In this document: piece after piece, positions 23,581 through 32,171 of the stretch
Position numbering within the stretch: position 1 is the first letter of the stretch
Layout: every line of letters starts with the position of its first letter
Assembly (NCBI GenBank): GCA_963674595.2
Contig: CAXXFV010000027.1
Span: 64,001 to 128,000, forward strand
Reading direction: 5' to 3'
Source of the DNA: a bacterium
GTDB taxonomy: Bacteria > Zhuqueibacterota > Zhuqueibacteria > Residuimicrobiales > Krinioviventaceae
DNA: 64,000 nt
The notes under the pieces: model-generated
What the model was told of the DNA's origin: nothing
The model's input: only the letters and a program-made list of their open reading frames with translations
Databases searched by the model: none
Position numbers and translations under genes: made by a program

Positions 23581-24936
23581 TTACCTGCTGGCAACACTGG
23601 CAGCAATATGTATTGGGTCCCACATATTGTTAACAGCAGGCGTATATCCTAAATCAAGTTGTGCTAAATCATTTACAGTCATCTTTGCCGTAACGGCAGT
23701 GGCTAATATATTAATTCGTTGAGCAGCTTCCACTTTACCGCATATTTGTGCTCCCAAAACTTTATTTGATTTTTTATCATAAACCAACGTCAACGTCGTT
23801 TTTGAATCAGTATTCCCGATAAAAGGCGGACGGGCGTTTTGTGTTATTGTAACCTGTTCCGGAGAAAATCCGGAATCTTTGGCCTGATTGAACGACAATC
23901 CTGTTTTACCGACTTCCATGTCAAACAATCTGACCATTGACGTAGCAACAGAACCATTAAAAATTGAACGTTCACCGGCCGCATTACCTCCGGCAACCCG
24001 ACCTTGCCGTGCTGCAACACCGGCAAAAGGAATCCATTGGTTCTGACTGGTTACGATATTAGTTGTTTCACAACAATCACCGGCCGCATAAACATTCATG
24101 CGTTTTGTTTCCTGGTTTTTGTTAACGATAATAGCGCCGCCAGGACCCATTGGAATGCCCGCTTTTTTAGCAAGTTCCGTGTTTGGTTGCATGCCGGCAG
24201 CCAGAATCAAAACATCACATTCGACCTGCTGCTGATCCTCAAAATTTAATTGTCGAACGGAATTATTTTGTATTGCTGCATTAACTATTTTTTTGTTTAA
24301 CAGGATGTTAATACCGGAATTTTTCAAATGTTCAAAAATGTTATCCGCAATTTCTTTGGAAAAACCATCCAAAATCGAGTCTTTTTGTTCTATAACCGTT
24401 ACCTGCAATCCCCGATTGAGTAACGCTTCTGCAATTTCCAGTCCCAGATACCCACTGCCGACAATAACAGCTTTGCGGGGTTGTTTATTTAAAAAGGAAT
24501 TGAGATGTTCCGCGTCAGCAAAATTTCGAACAGTAAACATGTTGGCAGCATTTTCCGGGAAAACAGACGGAATAACAGGAACAGCACCGGTTGCAAAAAT
24601 CAATTTGTCATACTGATAGCTGTCAACACTGCCTGATGTCAAATTTTCAACCAGCACAGTCCGTTTAACAAGGCTAACTTCTTTTACACTGGAAGACAAA
24701 AGGACGTCATAGCCTCTTTTTTGTTTAACCGATTGAACATCATACCCGGAAACCTTGTCGGCTGAAAGCTGATTTGCCAGATAAAAAGGCAAACTACAGG
24801 AAGCATAACCAAAATGAGGTGATTTTTCTATGACAGTAACCTCGGCATCAGGATTAATACGTTTTGCTTTCCCGGCAGCAGCCAAACCGGCATCATTACC
24901 GCCTATAATCAATATTCTTTGTCGTTTTTTATACAA
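23581..24936 (-). CDS. CoA-disulfide reductase / NADH oxidase family flavoprotein
   Basis: IIGGNDAG, redox Cys in YASCSLP, ATGA, GSGYLGLE, YAAGDC, DLGYTP. Confidence 0.88.
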   Translation of the reverse strand: MYKKRQRILIIGGNDAGLAAAGKAKRINPDAEVTVIEKSPHFGYASCSLPFYLANQLSADKVSGYDVQSVKQKRGYDVLLSSSVKEVSLVKRTVLVENLTSGSVDSYQYDKLIFATGAVPVIPSVFPENAANMFTVRNFADAEHLNSFLNKQPRKAVIVGSGYLGLEIAEALLNRGLQVTVIEQKDSILDGFSKEIADNIFEHLKNSGINILLNKKIVNAAIQNNSVRQLNFEDQQQVECDVLILAAGMQPNTELAKKAGIPMGPGGAIIVNKNQETKRMNVYAAGDCCETTNIVTSQNQWIPFAGVAARQGRVAGGNAAGERSIFNGSVATSMVRLFDMEVGKTGLSFNQAKDSGFSPEQVTITQNARPPFIGNTDSKTTLTLVYDKKSNKVLGAQICGKVEAAQRINILATAVTAKMTVNDLAQLDLGYTPAVNNMWDPIHIAASVASR

Positions 24937-24969
24937 TGTTTACTCTCACAACTAAGCTTAATAAACCAG

Positions 24970-25000
24970 AAAAAGGCAAGTAACACATATTACTTGCCTT
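24970..25000 (-). terminator. Intrinsic terminator downstream of the FmdB gene
   Basis: Perfect 11-bp stem AAGGCAAGTAA/TTACTTGCCTT ending in a T tract on the minus strand. Confidence 0.75.
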
Positions 25001-25068
25001 GCAAAAATATAAATATGGGGAATTAGAATCAAGCTAAAAATAAAGACATACAGTCTTTTTTATATTCC

Positions 25069-25284
25069 TCAGCCAAATCCGCTTGTTCCGCAACTGCCAC
25101 CGGACGAACCAGAAGAAACTGAAGCACTTCCTCCACTACCGCCTGATGCAAAAGCTGAAAATATTTTCTCGGGTTTTGCCGCACCACAAGCAGGGCAATT
25201 CAAGTTTGTTCCATCTTCACCAACCCGTTGAAAACTATCGAAAATATGCTGACACTCTATACATCGGTACTCATATATGGGCAT
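25069..25284 (-). CDS. FmdB-family zinc ribbon protein; the terminal TGA may be Sec, extending the gene to 25060
   Basis: MPIYEYRCIEC..CPACG, Gly/Ser tail SCGTSGFG then TGA GGA ATA TAA. Confidence 0.9.
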   Translation of the reverse strand: MPIYEYRCIECQHIFDSFQRVGEDGTNLNCPACGAAKPEKIFSAFASGGSGGSASVSSGSSGGSCGTSGFG

Positions 25285-25286
25285 TT

Positions 25287-25457
25287 TTACTCTTTCTCCT
25301 TTTCTGAATCTAAATCCTGTACTTTATTTTTTTTCTTATCTTCACCCGGAAGATCACATGCACCGGACATTCAAGTAGGCACCCCAAATTTGGGTAAAAC
25401 AAATTTCATTAAAACAAACCACGCAATAAAAATTAATATTATACCTAGATTGTCCAT
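25287..25457 (-). CDS. Candidate small membrane selenoprotein (56 aa, Sec29; not in the ORF track)
   Basis: AAGGA RBS and ATG at 25457; MDNLGIILIFIAWFVLMKFVLPKFGVPT-TGA-MSGACDLPGEDKKKNKVQDLDSEKEKE-TAA; stop lies 2 nt before the FmdB ATG. Confidence 0.7.
25338..25354 (-). other. Candidate bacterial SECIS hairpin
   Basis: ATCTTC-CGGGT-GAAGAT; 22 nt between the UGA and the loop, with G at loop position 2. Confidence 0.55.
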
Positions 25458-25518
25458 TCTGGTTCCTTGATATTTTTCATGTCCATTTATATTTTGATGC
25501 AATTAAAGGAAAAAGTAT

Positions 25519-26412
25519 TCAAAAAAGTTCAAAATTTTCATTATTTCCGACAGATTGCATGTGAGCAAGAGAGGGATAAAATCTTTTTAAATGGGCAGGC
25601 ACTATAGGAGGTTGCTGATAAAGCATTTCCTGGCATTCAAAACCATTAACAATGGCTTGTCCTTTAAAATGATTGTTAAAAACGACAAATGTTTGATTTG
25701 TTGTATTAGAAATTTCCCGGATGTTAGTTATCCAGTCTGTCATTTCATCTTTATTGTATAAATAATTATAACGTTCATCACGCCCGCTTTTTTCGTTAAA
25801 CCAGTTGGAATAGTTGCGTCCATGTAGTCTAACGTAACCGATATCAGAAGTGACGATTTTATCAGGTTTTACAGATTTACCGATGACAGGCTGATCAACA
25901 TTGACAAAACCTATTTTTTGTGACTCTAAGTATTTATAGATTTTTGAATCATTCCAGCTTGAATGCCGAAACTCCACGACCAGGGGAAAGTCAAATTGAT
26001 TTCGGATATTATCTATTTTTTCCAAAGAAGTTTTATTATTTTTAAAACTCCAGGGAAATTGCACCAAAACAGCCCCTAGTAAATTTGCTTTAGTCAGGAT
26101 AGAAAATATAATTTGAAAATCCTGAACATCAGATTCAGTCGGCTTTTCATTAGAATGAGTAAATTTTTGCCACAATTTGACTGTAAATTTAAACCGGTCG
26201 CTTCCTTTTACCAATGACACCCATCTTTCAATGGTCCCCGGATCAATTTTTCGATAAAAGGTAGAGTTAATTTCTACAAGATTAAAATAGTCCTTGAGAA
26301 ATTGCAGCTCGTTAAAATTTTTGGATCTTTTGGGAGGATAAACAATTCCATTCCAGTCTTTATAACTCCAGCCTGCCGGTCCGATATAAATATTTGATTT
26401 TTCGTCGCTCAT
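25519..26412 (-). CDS. DUF72 family protein
   Basis: IGPAGWSY, VEINSTFY, LVQFP, VEFRH, YVRLHGRN, FNNH. Confidence 0.92.
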   Translation of the reverse strand: MSDEKSNIYIGPAGWSYKDWNGIVYPPKRSKNFNELQFLKDYFNLVEINSTFYRKIDPGTIERWVSLVKGSDRFKFTVKLWQKFTHSNEKPTESDVQDFQIIFSILTKANLLGAVLVQFPWSFKNNKTSLEKIDNIRNQFDFPLVVEFRHSSWNDSKIYKYLESQKIGFVNVDQPVIGKSVKPDKIVTSDIGYVRLHGRNYSNWFNEKSGRDERYNYLYNKDEMTDWITNIREISNTTNQTFVVFNNHFKGQAIVNGFECQEMLYQQPPIVPAHLKRFYPSLAHMQSVGNNENFELF

Positions 26413-27680
26413 TAGATAAATATATCAATACCGCACAAAATGTTAAAACGGGAATGTTTCAGTTCGACCTTTGTATTTGCTATATCAAATGGTAACTCAT
26501 CTGTCTGATATTGAAGTATTTGATACCTTAATGCAATATTTATTGAAAATGAAGATTTAACAAGTCCCACTCCCGTTGTTATAAAATGGGATGAAACCTG
26601 CTTGCCCCGGTCAAGATTATCATTGTCAGTCGGCTCAAATATTTGCTCCAGTTGAGAAAGAAATCCGAATCGATAAGGCAACAAGTAGCTTTTTTTACGG
26701 ATTGTATATTCCACACCCATTCGAAATGAATTTGCTTTTTCAAAAATCCGATCTGTTTTTTGCTCGTCTATACTGACAACAGCTTTATGCAACGGCTTTT
26801 GCTGAAAATCAAACACAAAGATAAAGTCAGACATTAGTTGAACAGATAATCCATAGGAGACTTGCAAAGGCATTTCGATATAAGGCTCAATATCATACTC
26901 TGTAACGTTATTGTCCGAATCTTTAAAATTTATTTTTGAATAATAAAGTTTGTAGGGAAACGAAACTTTACTGCCCAAGGAAAACACGCGTGATATTTTT
27001 AATAAAACGCCGGCATCCACAGAAAAACCGGAAAACTTGTTTTCCCAGTTGGATGAATTTTTAGAAACAGCCTCATCTTCATAATCCGTATAATTGTCGT
27101 TTTTTTTATAATTACCGGTGATAAAATTCAACGATGAACCGATATATAAATTTTTAAACAAACAATACCCGAACCCGCCAGACAGGGAATAAATACCTCC
27201 ATTGTACTTTTCTTCTATTTCCCTTTCAAATTGGGTGGTTTCATCCAGTCGGGACCAGGTAATATTATTATTAAAATTACTCATCTGTTTAACAGCGAGT
27301 GCAAATGTTAACGGATTGTTCTTTAGCGGAACAGGAATTGTAAAACCGATAAAAGACAAACCTATATTTCCGTTTATCCGGGCTTTAAATTTTTGGTCCA
27401 GTGAAAGTAAGGTCGGTGTTTTTATTGCAAGGTTACCAAATCCAATATTTGACAAGAGTGTAAATGTTGTTTTTGAATTTTGTGCCAATCCGGCAGGATT
27501 CCAAACAAGTGCCTCTGCATTATCAGCTAATCCGGTGTAAGCATTTCCCATTCCTGCAGCCCGAATACCGGCAGGTGGTTCATTAAATATAATCGGACTA
27601 ATGGAAAATGGTTCGTCCTTACTTTGAGCAGCAACAACAGCAAGTAACAGAATGATAAGAGCAAATCGTAAATGTTTCAT
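26412..27680 (-). CDS. FadL/PorV-like outer-membrane beta-barrel protein
   Basis: Signal peptide; RAAGMGNAYTGLADNAEALVWNPAGLA; alternating strands and terminal GIDIFI. Confidence 0.8.
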   Translation of the reverse strand: MKHLRFALIILLLAVVAAQSKDEPFSISPIIFNEPPAGIRAAGMGNAYTGLADNAEALVWNPAGLAQNSKTTFTLLSNIGFGNLAIKTPTLLSLDQKFKARINGNIGLSFIGFTIPVPLKNNPLTFALAVKQMSNFNNNITWSRLDETTQFEREIEEKYNGGIYSLSGGFGYCLFKNLYIGSSLNFITGNYKKNDNYTDYEDEAVSKNSSNWENKFSGFSVDAGVLLKISRVFSLGSKVSFPYKLYYSKINFKDSDNNVTEYDIEPYIEMPLQVSYGLSVQLMSDFIFVFDFQQKPLHKAVVSIDEQKTDRIFEKANSFRMGVEYTIRKKSYLLPYRFGFLSQLEQIFEPTDNDNLDRGKQVSSHFITTGVGLVKSSFSINIALRYQILQYQTDELPFDIANTKVELKHSRFNILCGIDIFI

Positions 27681-27752
27681 AAAATTCAGATATCCGGTAA
27701 AATTATAAAAAGAATGGGAGAATGAAATCATTCGCCCATTCAAGTGGTATAT

Positions 27753-28502
27753 TTATTTATCTCTTTTTAAAAAGGGTTCCAGCAAATCAATAGGAATTGG
27801 AAAAATTGTTGTTGAATTGTTTTCAGAGGCAATTTCATTCAGAGTTTGCAGGTAACGCAATTGCAATGCCTGTGGATGTTTTGCCATAATTTCTGCAGCA
27901 TTTGCCAATGTTTGAGACGCCTGAAACTCACCCTCAGCATGAATAACCTTGGCGCGTCGTTCTCTTTCAGCTTCTGCCTGACGTGCCATAGCGCGCTGCA
28001 TTTCAACCGGTAAATCAACATGTTTTACCTCAACAAGACTTACTTTAATGCCCCATGGGTCTGTGTGGTTGTCAATAATTCGCTGTAATTCCTGGTTTAT
28101 TTTTTCGCGTGCTGATAAAAGGTCATCAAGTTCTGCTTGTCCCAAAATACTTCTCAAAGTTGTTTGTGAAAGTTGGGATGTTGCAAAAAGATAATCTTCT
28201 ACCTCGACAATGGCTTTACTGGGATCAAGAACACGAAAATATAAAACAGCGTTAACTTTGACTGAAACATTGTCTTTCGTAATGATATCCTGAGGAGGAA
28301 CATCCATCGCGATGGTACGCAAACTGACTTTGACCATACGATCGATAATCGGGATGATAAAAATAATTCCAGGACCTTTTGAGCCGGCCAACCGGCCAAG
28401 ACGAAAAATAACACCTCTTTCATATTCTCTTAAAACTTTGACAGCGCTGGCTAACAATAAAACCAACAGAATAATGACAACGGATAAAGGATTTATGACC
28501 AT
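27753..28502 (-). CDS. SPFH/slipin (stomatin-like) protein
   Basis: [38 protein letters not shown]. Confidence 0.95.
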   Translation of the reverse strand: MVINPLSVVIILLVLLLASAVKVLREYERGVIFRLGRLAGSKGPGIIFIIPIIDRMVKVSLRTIAMDVPPQDIITKDNVSVKVNAVLYFRVLDPSKAIVEVEDYLFATSQLSQTTLRSILGQAELDDLLSAREKINQELQRIIDNHTDPWGIKVSLVEVKHVDLPVEMQRAMARQAEAERERRAKVIHAEGEFQASQTLANAAEIMAKHPQALQLRYLQTLNEIASENNSTTIFPIPIDLLEPFLKRDK

Positions 28503-28533
28503 GTTAAACCTCCTGTACGAAAAATTTCCAATT

Positions 28534-29811
28534 TTAACATTTTCTGACTTTTATAACAAGTCCATCAACTCTGGTAATTTGTACATCATCACCTTTTTTA
28601 ATAGGTTCGTCACTGAATGCTTTCCAAATTTCACCATGAATTTGTACCTGGCCGTCTTTATCAATTTTTGTTATAGCTGTGCCTATTTCACCAATCAACC
28701 CTTCACGACCGGTCGTAGGTTTAGTAAGACGGGTTTTAACAGCCATGCTCAGGGCAAATACAATAAATAAACCCGTAACAAGCGTAACAGCTATGGCCAC
28801 CTTCCAGTCTACCTGAATGGGAAACCCAGGTGTTTCTTCGAATAGCATAATAGAGCCAAGAAACATTGCCACAATACCTCCTATGGTTAAAACTCCATAA
28901 CTCGTTACTTTAACTTCAAGAATAAATAGAATAATAGCAAATAAAATTAATAATAGTCCGGCACCTCTGACCGGTAAAGTTTGTAATGCAAAAAACGCCA
29001 AAATAATAAATATGCCGCCGGCTACACCGGGTATAACAGCTCCCGGGTTGGAAAATTCAAAAAATAAACCGTAAATACCAAGCATTAACAGAATATAGGC
29101 AATAGTCGGATTTGATATTTTGTAAAGAATTTGTGTCCGCCAGCTCATATTAACAAGAACGATTTTTGCATTTGCAGTATCTAATACCTTTTCATTCCCT
29201 TCCAGCTCAATTTTACGTCCATCAAGCTGCTTAATTAAATCGCTTTCGGTTGGGCAAATCATATCAATGACGTTTATTTCAAGCGCTTCTTTTTCGTTTA
29301 TGGAAACACTTTCACGGACCGCTTTTTCCGCCCAGTCTGCATTTCTGCCTCTTTTTTCTGCAATGCCGCGAATCCATGTTGAAGCATAGTTTGTCACTTT
29401 TTCACCCATTACCTGGGATGTGTCCTGCTTGCCCCCAACACCAACCGGATGGGCCGCACCGATATTTGTTCCTTCAGCCATAGCCGCAACATTGCACGCC
29501 AGAGTGATAAATGTGCCGGCTGACACCGCTCCGGAACCGCTTGGGGCAATATACATCACGACCGGAACCTGAGAGCTGAGTATTTTTTTTACAATAGTTT
29601 TGGTTGATTCCAACAGACCGCCCGGTGTGTCCATCTGGATAATAAGACATTGAAAATTTTCCGTTTCAGCCTTTGTAATGTTATCCACGATAAACTTGGC
29701 AGAAACAGGATTGATGTCGCCTTCGATAACTATTTTAAGTATTTCATCCTGTGCAGAATGAGCGGCAACAGGCAGAATCAAAAAAATTAAAAGAACATAA
29801 AGTCTTTTCAT
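28534..29811 (-). CDS. nfeD: NfeD membrane-bound serine protease
   Basis: [18 protein letters not shown] bundle, C-terminal OB fold GEIWKA; paired with slipin. Confidence 0.92.
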   Translation of the reverse strand: MKRLYVLLIFLILPVAAHSAQDEILKIVIEGDINPVSAKFIVDNITKAETENFQCLIIQMDTPGGLLESTKTIVKKILSSQVPVVMYIAPSGSGAVSAGTFITLACNVAAMAEGTNIGAAHPVGVGGKQDTSQVMGEKVTNYASTWIRGIAEKRGRNADWAEKAVRESVSINEKEALEINVIDMICPTESDLIKQLDGRKIELEGNEKVLDTANAKIVLVNMSWRTQILYKISNPTIAYILLMLGIYGLFFEFSNPGAVIPGVAGGIFIILAFFALQTLPVRGAGLLLILFAIILFILEVKVTSYGVLTIGGIVAMFLGSIMLFEETPGFPIQVDWKVAIAVTLVTGLFIVFALSMAVKTRLTKPTTGREGLIGEIGTAITKIDKDGQVQIHGEIWKAFSDEPIKKGDDVQITRVDGLVIKVRKC

Positions 29812-30102
29812 TTTAATTCTCATCCATAAATTTATATTTCGATTACACTTTAAATGTATTAAACCGTTTGGCTAAAATCAATATTTTTTACAAAGCAACC
29901 ACTTTAAAAGATTCGTTTTTTACACAACAAAAGAGTTATAACATTAAATTCCGTTATATTGTGACATAAAGTGACTTGTTAATATTACACAACACAAATG
30001 TTGGATTTTAAATAATTTTTGTTTACGTTCCATATTTGAAAAAGCAAAATTTGAGCAACACATTTCTATTTCTTCTTCAAGAAAACTTGCAAAGGACAAT
30101 TT

Positions 30103-31107
30103 TTGACACCTGAAAATCTTGAAATACTATTTTATCAATACTTTAAACAAGAATGTAAAACGGTTATTCAGCTACGCGGAGACGGCTCGGACAGGCGTGT
30201 TTATCGTTTAATAAATGAAAACTTTTCTGTTATTGGCGTTATCGGAAAAGATAAAGCCGAAGATGAGGCATTTGTTTCATTTACTCAACATTTTCATAAA
30301 AATGGTTTACCGGTACCTGAAATATTTATCGCTGATTTGAACAAAAATATATACCTGGAAAAAGATTTGGGAGATTTAACCCTGGCAGAATTTGTTAAGG
30401 AAAATGTAAATAACGTTTCCCAAATAACAGAAATATACCGTAACGTCCTTGAAAACCTGACACATTTTCAAATTACTGCCGGGAAAAGTATAAACTTGAA
30501 AAAGTGTTATCAGCATCCGGTATTCGCTTATGATTCCATGATGTGGGATTTACATTACTTTGAACAACGATTTTTAAATGCTTTTTACAAGGAAAAGTTT
30601 GATATAAATAAATTACACAAAGAATTTGAGGTCCTTGTTGCCCATTTGCAGGAAGAAGAGTCTAATTACTTTATGTATCGTGATTTTCAGTCGCGTAATA
30701 TTATGATCCAAAAAGATAGTCCCTGGTTTTTAGATTACCAGTCCGGGCGCAAAGGTGCACTGGCTTACGACGTCGCTTCACTTTTATACGATCCGTATGT
30801 TGATCTCACCGAGGATTTTCGCTCTGAGATGCTAAACCATTACTTGAACTATACCAACCAATTCATTGCTATTTCAAAAGATAGATTTTTAGGTTATTTC
30901 CCTGGATTTGCGTTTATTCGAATGTTGCAGGCCCTGGCTGCCTATGGATTTTTATCTGTTATAAAGGGGAAAAAAGAATTTTTATCCAGCATAAAACCGG
31001 CTGTAAATAATCTTGTTATCATTATAAATAACGTTGCTGTAAAAAATGAGTTGACTGAACTGGAAAAGATCATTCATAACCTGGGAAAATATAATTTTGA
31101 TTTTTAA
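30103..31107 (+). CDS. APH-family sugar kinase (AmgK-like)
   Basis: GDGSDRRVYR, EKDLGD, YRDFQSRNIM, LDYQ, YDVASLL. Confidence 0.8.
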   Translation: MTPENLEILFYQYFKQECKTVIQLRGDGSDRRVYRLINENFSVIGVIGKDKAEDEAFVSFTQHFHKNGLPVPEIFIADLNKNIYLEKDLGDLTLAEFVKENVNNVSQITEIYRNVLENLTHFQITAGKSINLKKCYQHPVFAYDSMMWDLHYFEQRFLNAFYKEKFDINKLHKEFEVLVAHLQEEESNYFMYRDFQSRNIMIQKDSPWFLDYQSGRKGALAYDVASLLYDPYVDLTEDFRSEMLNHYLNYTNQFIAISKDRFLGYFPGFAFIRMLQALAAYGFLSVIKGKKEFLSSIKPAVNNLVIIINNVAVKNELTELEKIIHNLGKYNFDF

Positions 31108-31248
31108 AAATTGCATACCATTTAGAAAATAAATGTTTTAATGCTTGCTTTTTTAAGTGACATTGTTATCTTTACTGTCGTAACAAAAATAAATACAATA
31201 GAATACTATTAAAACAATATCTATATAAATTTAAAGGAAATTTTATTC

Positions 31249-31989
31249 ATGGACAAAAGAGAGCTTGAACAAACACTTGTGCTCCTTAAACCCGATGCAC
31301 TTAAAAATTCTTTAACGGGTTATTTATTATCGCAATTATCCGAATTTCATACAGGACTCCATTTTTCTGCTGCCAAAGTTTTACATGTGCACAAAATGTT
31401 GGCTGAAGAGCACTATTCCGAACATCGTGAAAAAGCCTTCTTTCCGGCCCTTTTAGAATATATTACCGGCGCTGTTCACTATGCCAAAGAACCGTGGAAA
31501 CAACGCGTTATTGCCATTGTTTATCAGGGAACAGATGCTGTTAAAAAAATTCGTGCCATAGCCGGTCCCACAAATCCACATGTTGCACGTGACGAAAAGC
31601 CGGGCTGTATTCGGGCACTTGGAACTGTCGTTACGATAAAAGACGAAAACGGAAAAGTTATTGGTGACAGATTGGATAACCTTATCCATGCGTCCGCCAG
31701 TATTGAAGAGGGTGAACGGGAAATAAAACTCTGGTTCAAACCCAATGAAATCCCCCCGCTGATGCAGTCTTTTGAAACAGAAATGAGCGACAGTTTCTAT
31801 TATTATAAAGATCACAAATTATACACAGAACGCCAGAAAGACAGTATTTGCATATTGGCCCCTCAGGATATGGCATGGAAATCTGATCTCGAAACATTGC
31901 GTAATATTGCCGACGGTAAACCTGCTGCAGATACACTGGAAACAGTTGTGGCAAAATATCTCATCAATGAAAACCGTGGTATTGAATAA
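31249..31989 (+). CDS. ndk: Nucleoside-diphosphate kinase with C-terminal extension
   Basis: TLVLLKPDA, HYSEH, AGPTNP, NLIHAS, EIKLWF. Confidence 0.88.
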   Translation: MDKRELEQTLVLLKPDALKNSLTGYLLSQLSEFHTGLHFSAAKVLHVHKMLAEEHYSEHREKAFFPALLEYITGAVHYAKEPWKQRVIAIVYQGTDAVKKIRAIAGPTNPHVARDEKPGCIRALGTVVTIKDENGKVIGDRLDNLIHASASIEEGEREIKLWFKPNEIPPLMQSFETEMSDSFYYYKDHKLYTERQKDSICILAPQDMAWKSDLETLRNIADGKPAADTLETVVAKYLINENRGIE

Positions 31990-32011
31990 ATTTTTAACAC
32001 GATATTAAAAT

Positions 32012-32056
32012 AAAAACACCCGGAATTCAATTTATGCTGCTTTTCGGGTGTTTTTT
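32012..32056 (+). terminator. Probable intrinsic terminator
   Basis: AAAAACACCCGGAA...TTTCGGGTGTTTTTT. Confidence 0.65.
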
Positions 32057-32171
32057 ATTTGAATTTTCATTAAATCCTTATTCTTTTATACTTAAAACTT
32101 TTTAAATACAAGCATAATAGTTCTGAAAATAAATATTTTAAAATAGGTACTTTAATCGAGGGAGAGTTCCT

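Noticed and set aside
25287-25457. Two separate peptides (28 aa, then 27 aa from the ATG right after the TGA)
   Set aside because: Not fully excluded, but the second ATG has no clear RBS, and the U-x4-C motif with a SECIS-like hairpin favours read-through.
25228-25470. 80-aa plus-strand ORF
   Set aside because: It is a shadow of the minus-strand FmdB and selenopeptide genes, which have an RBS and coherent operon spacing.
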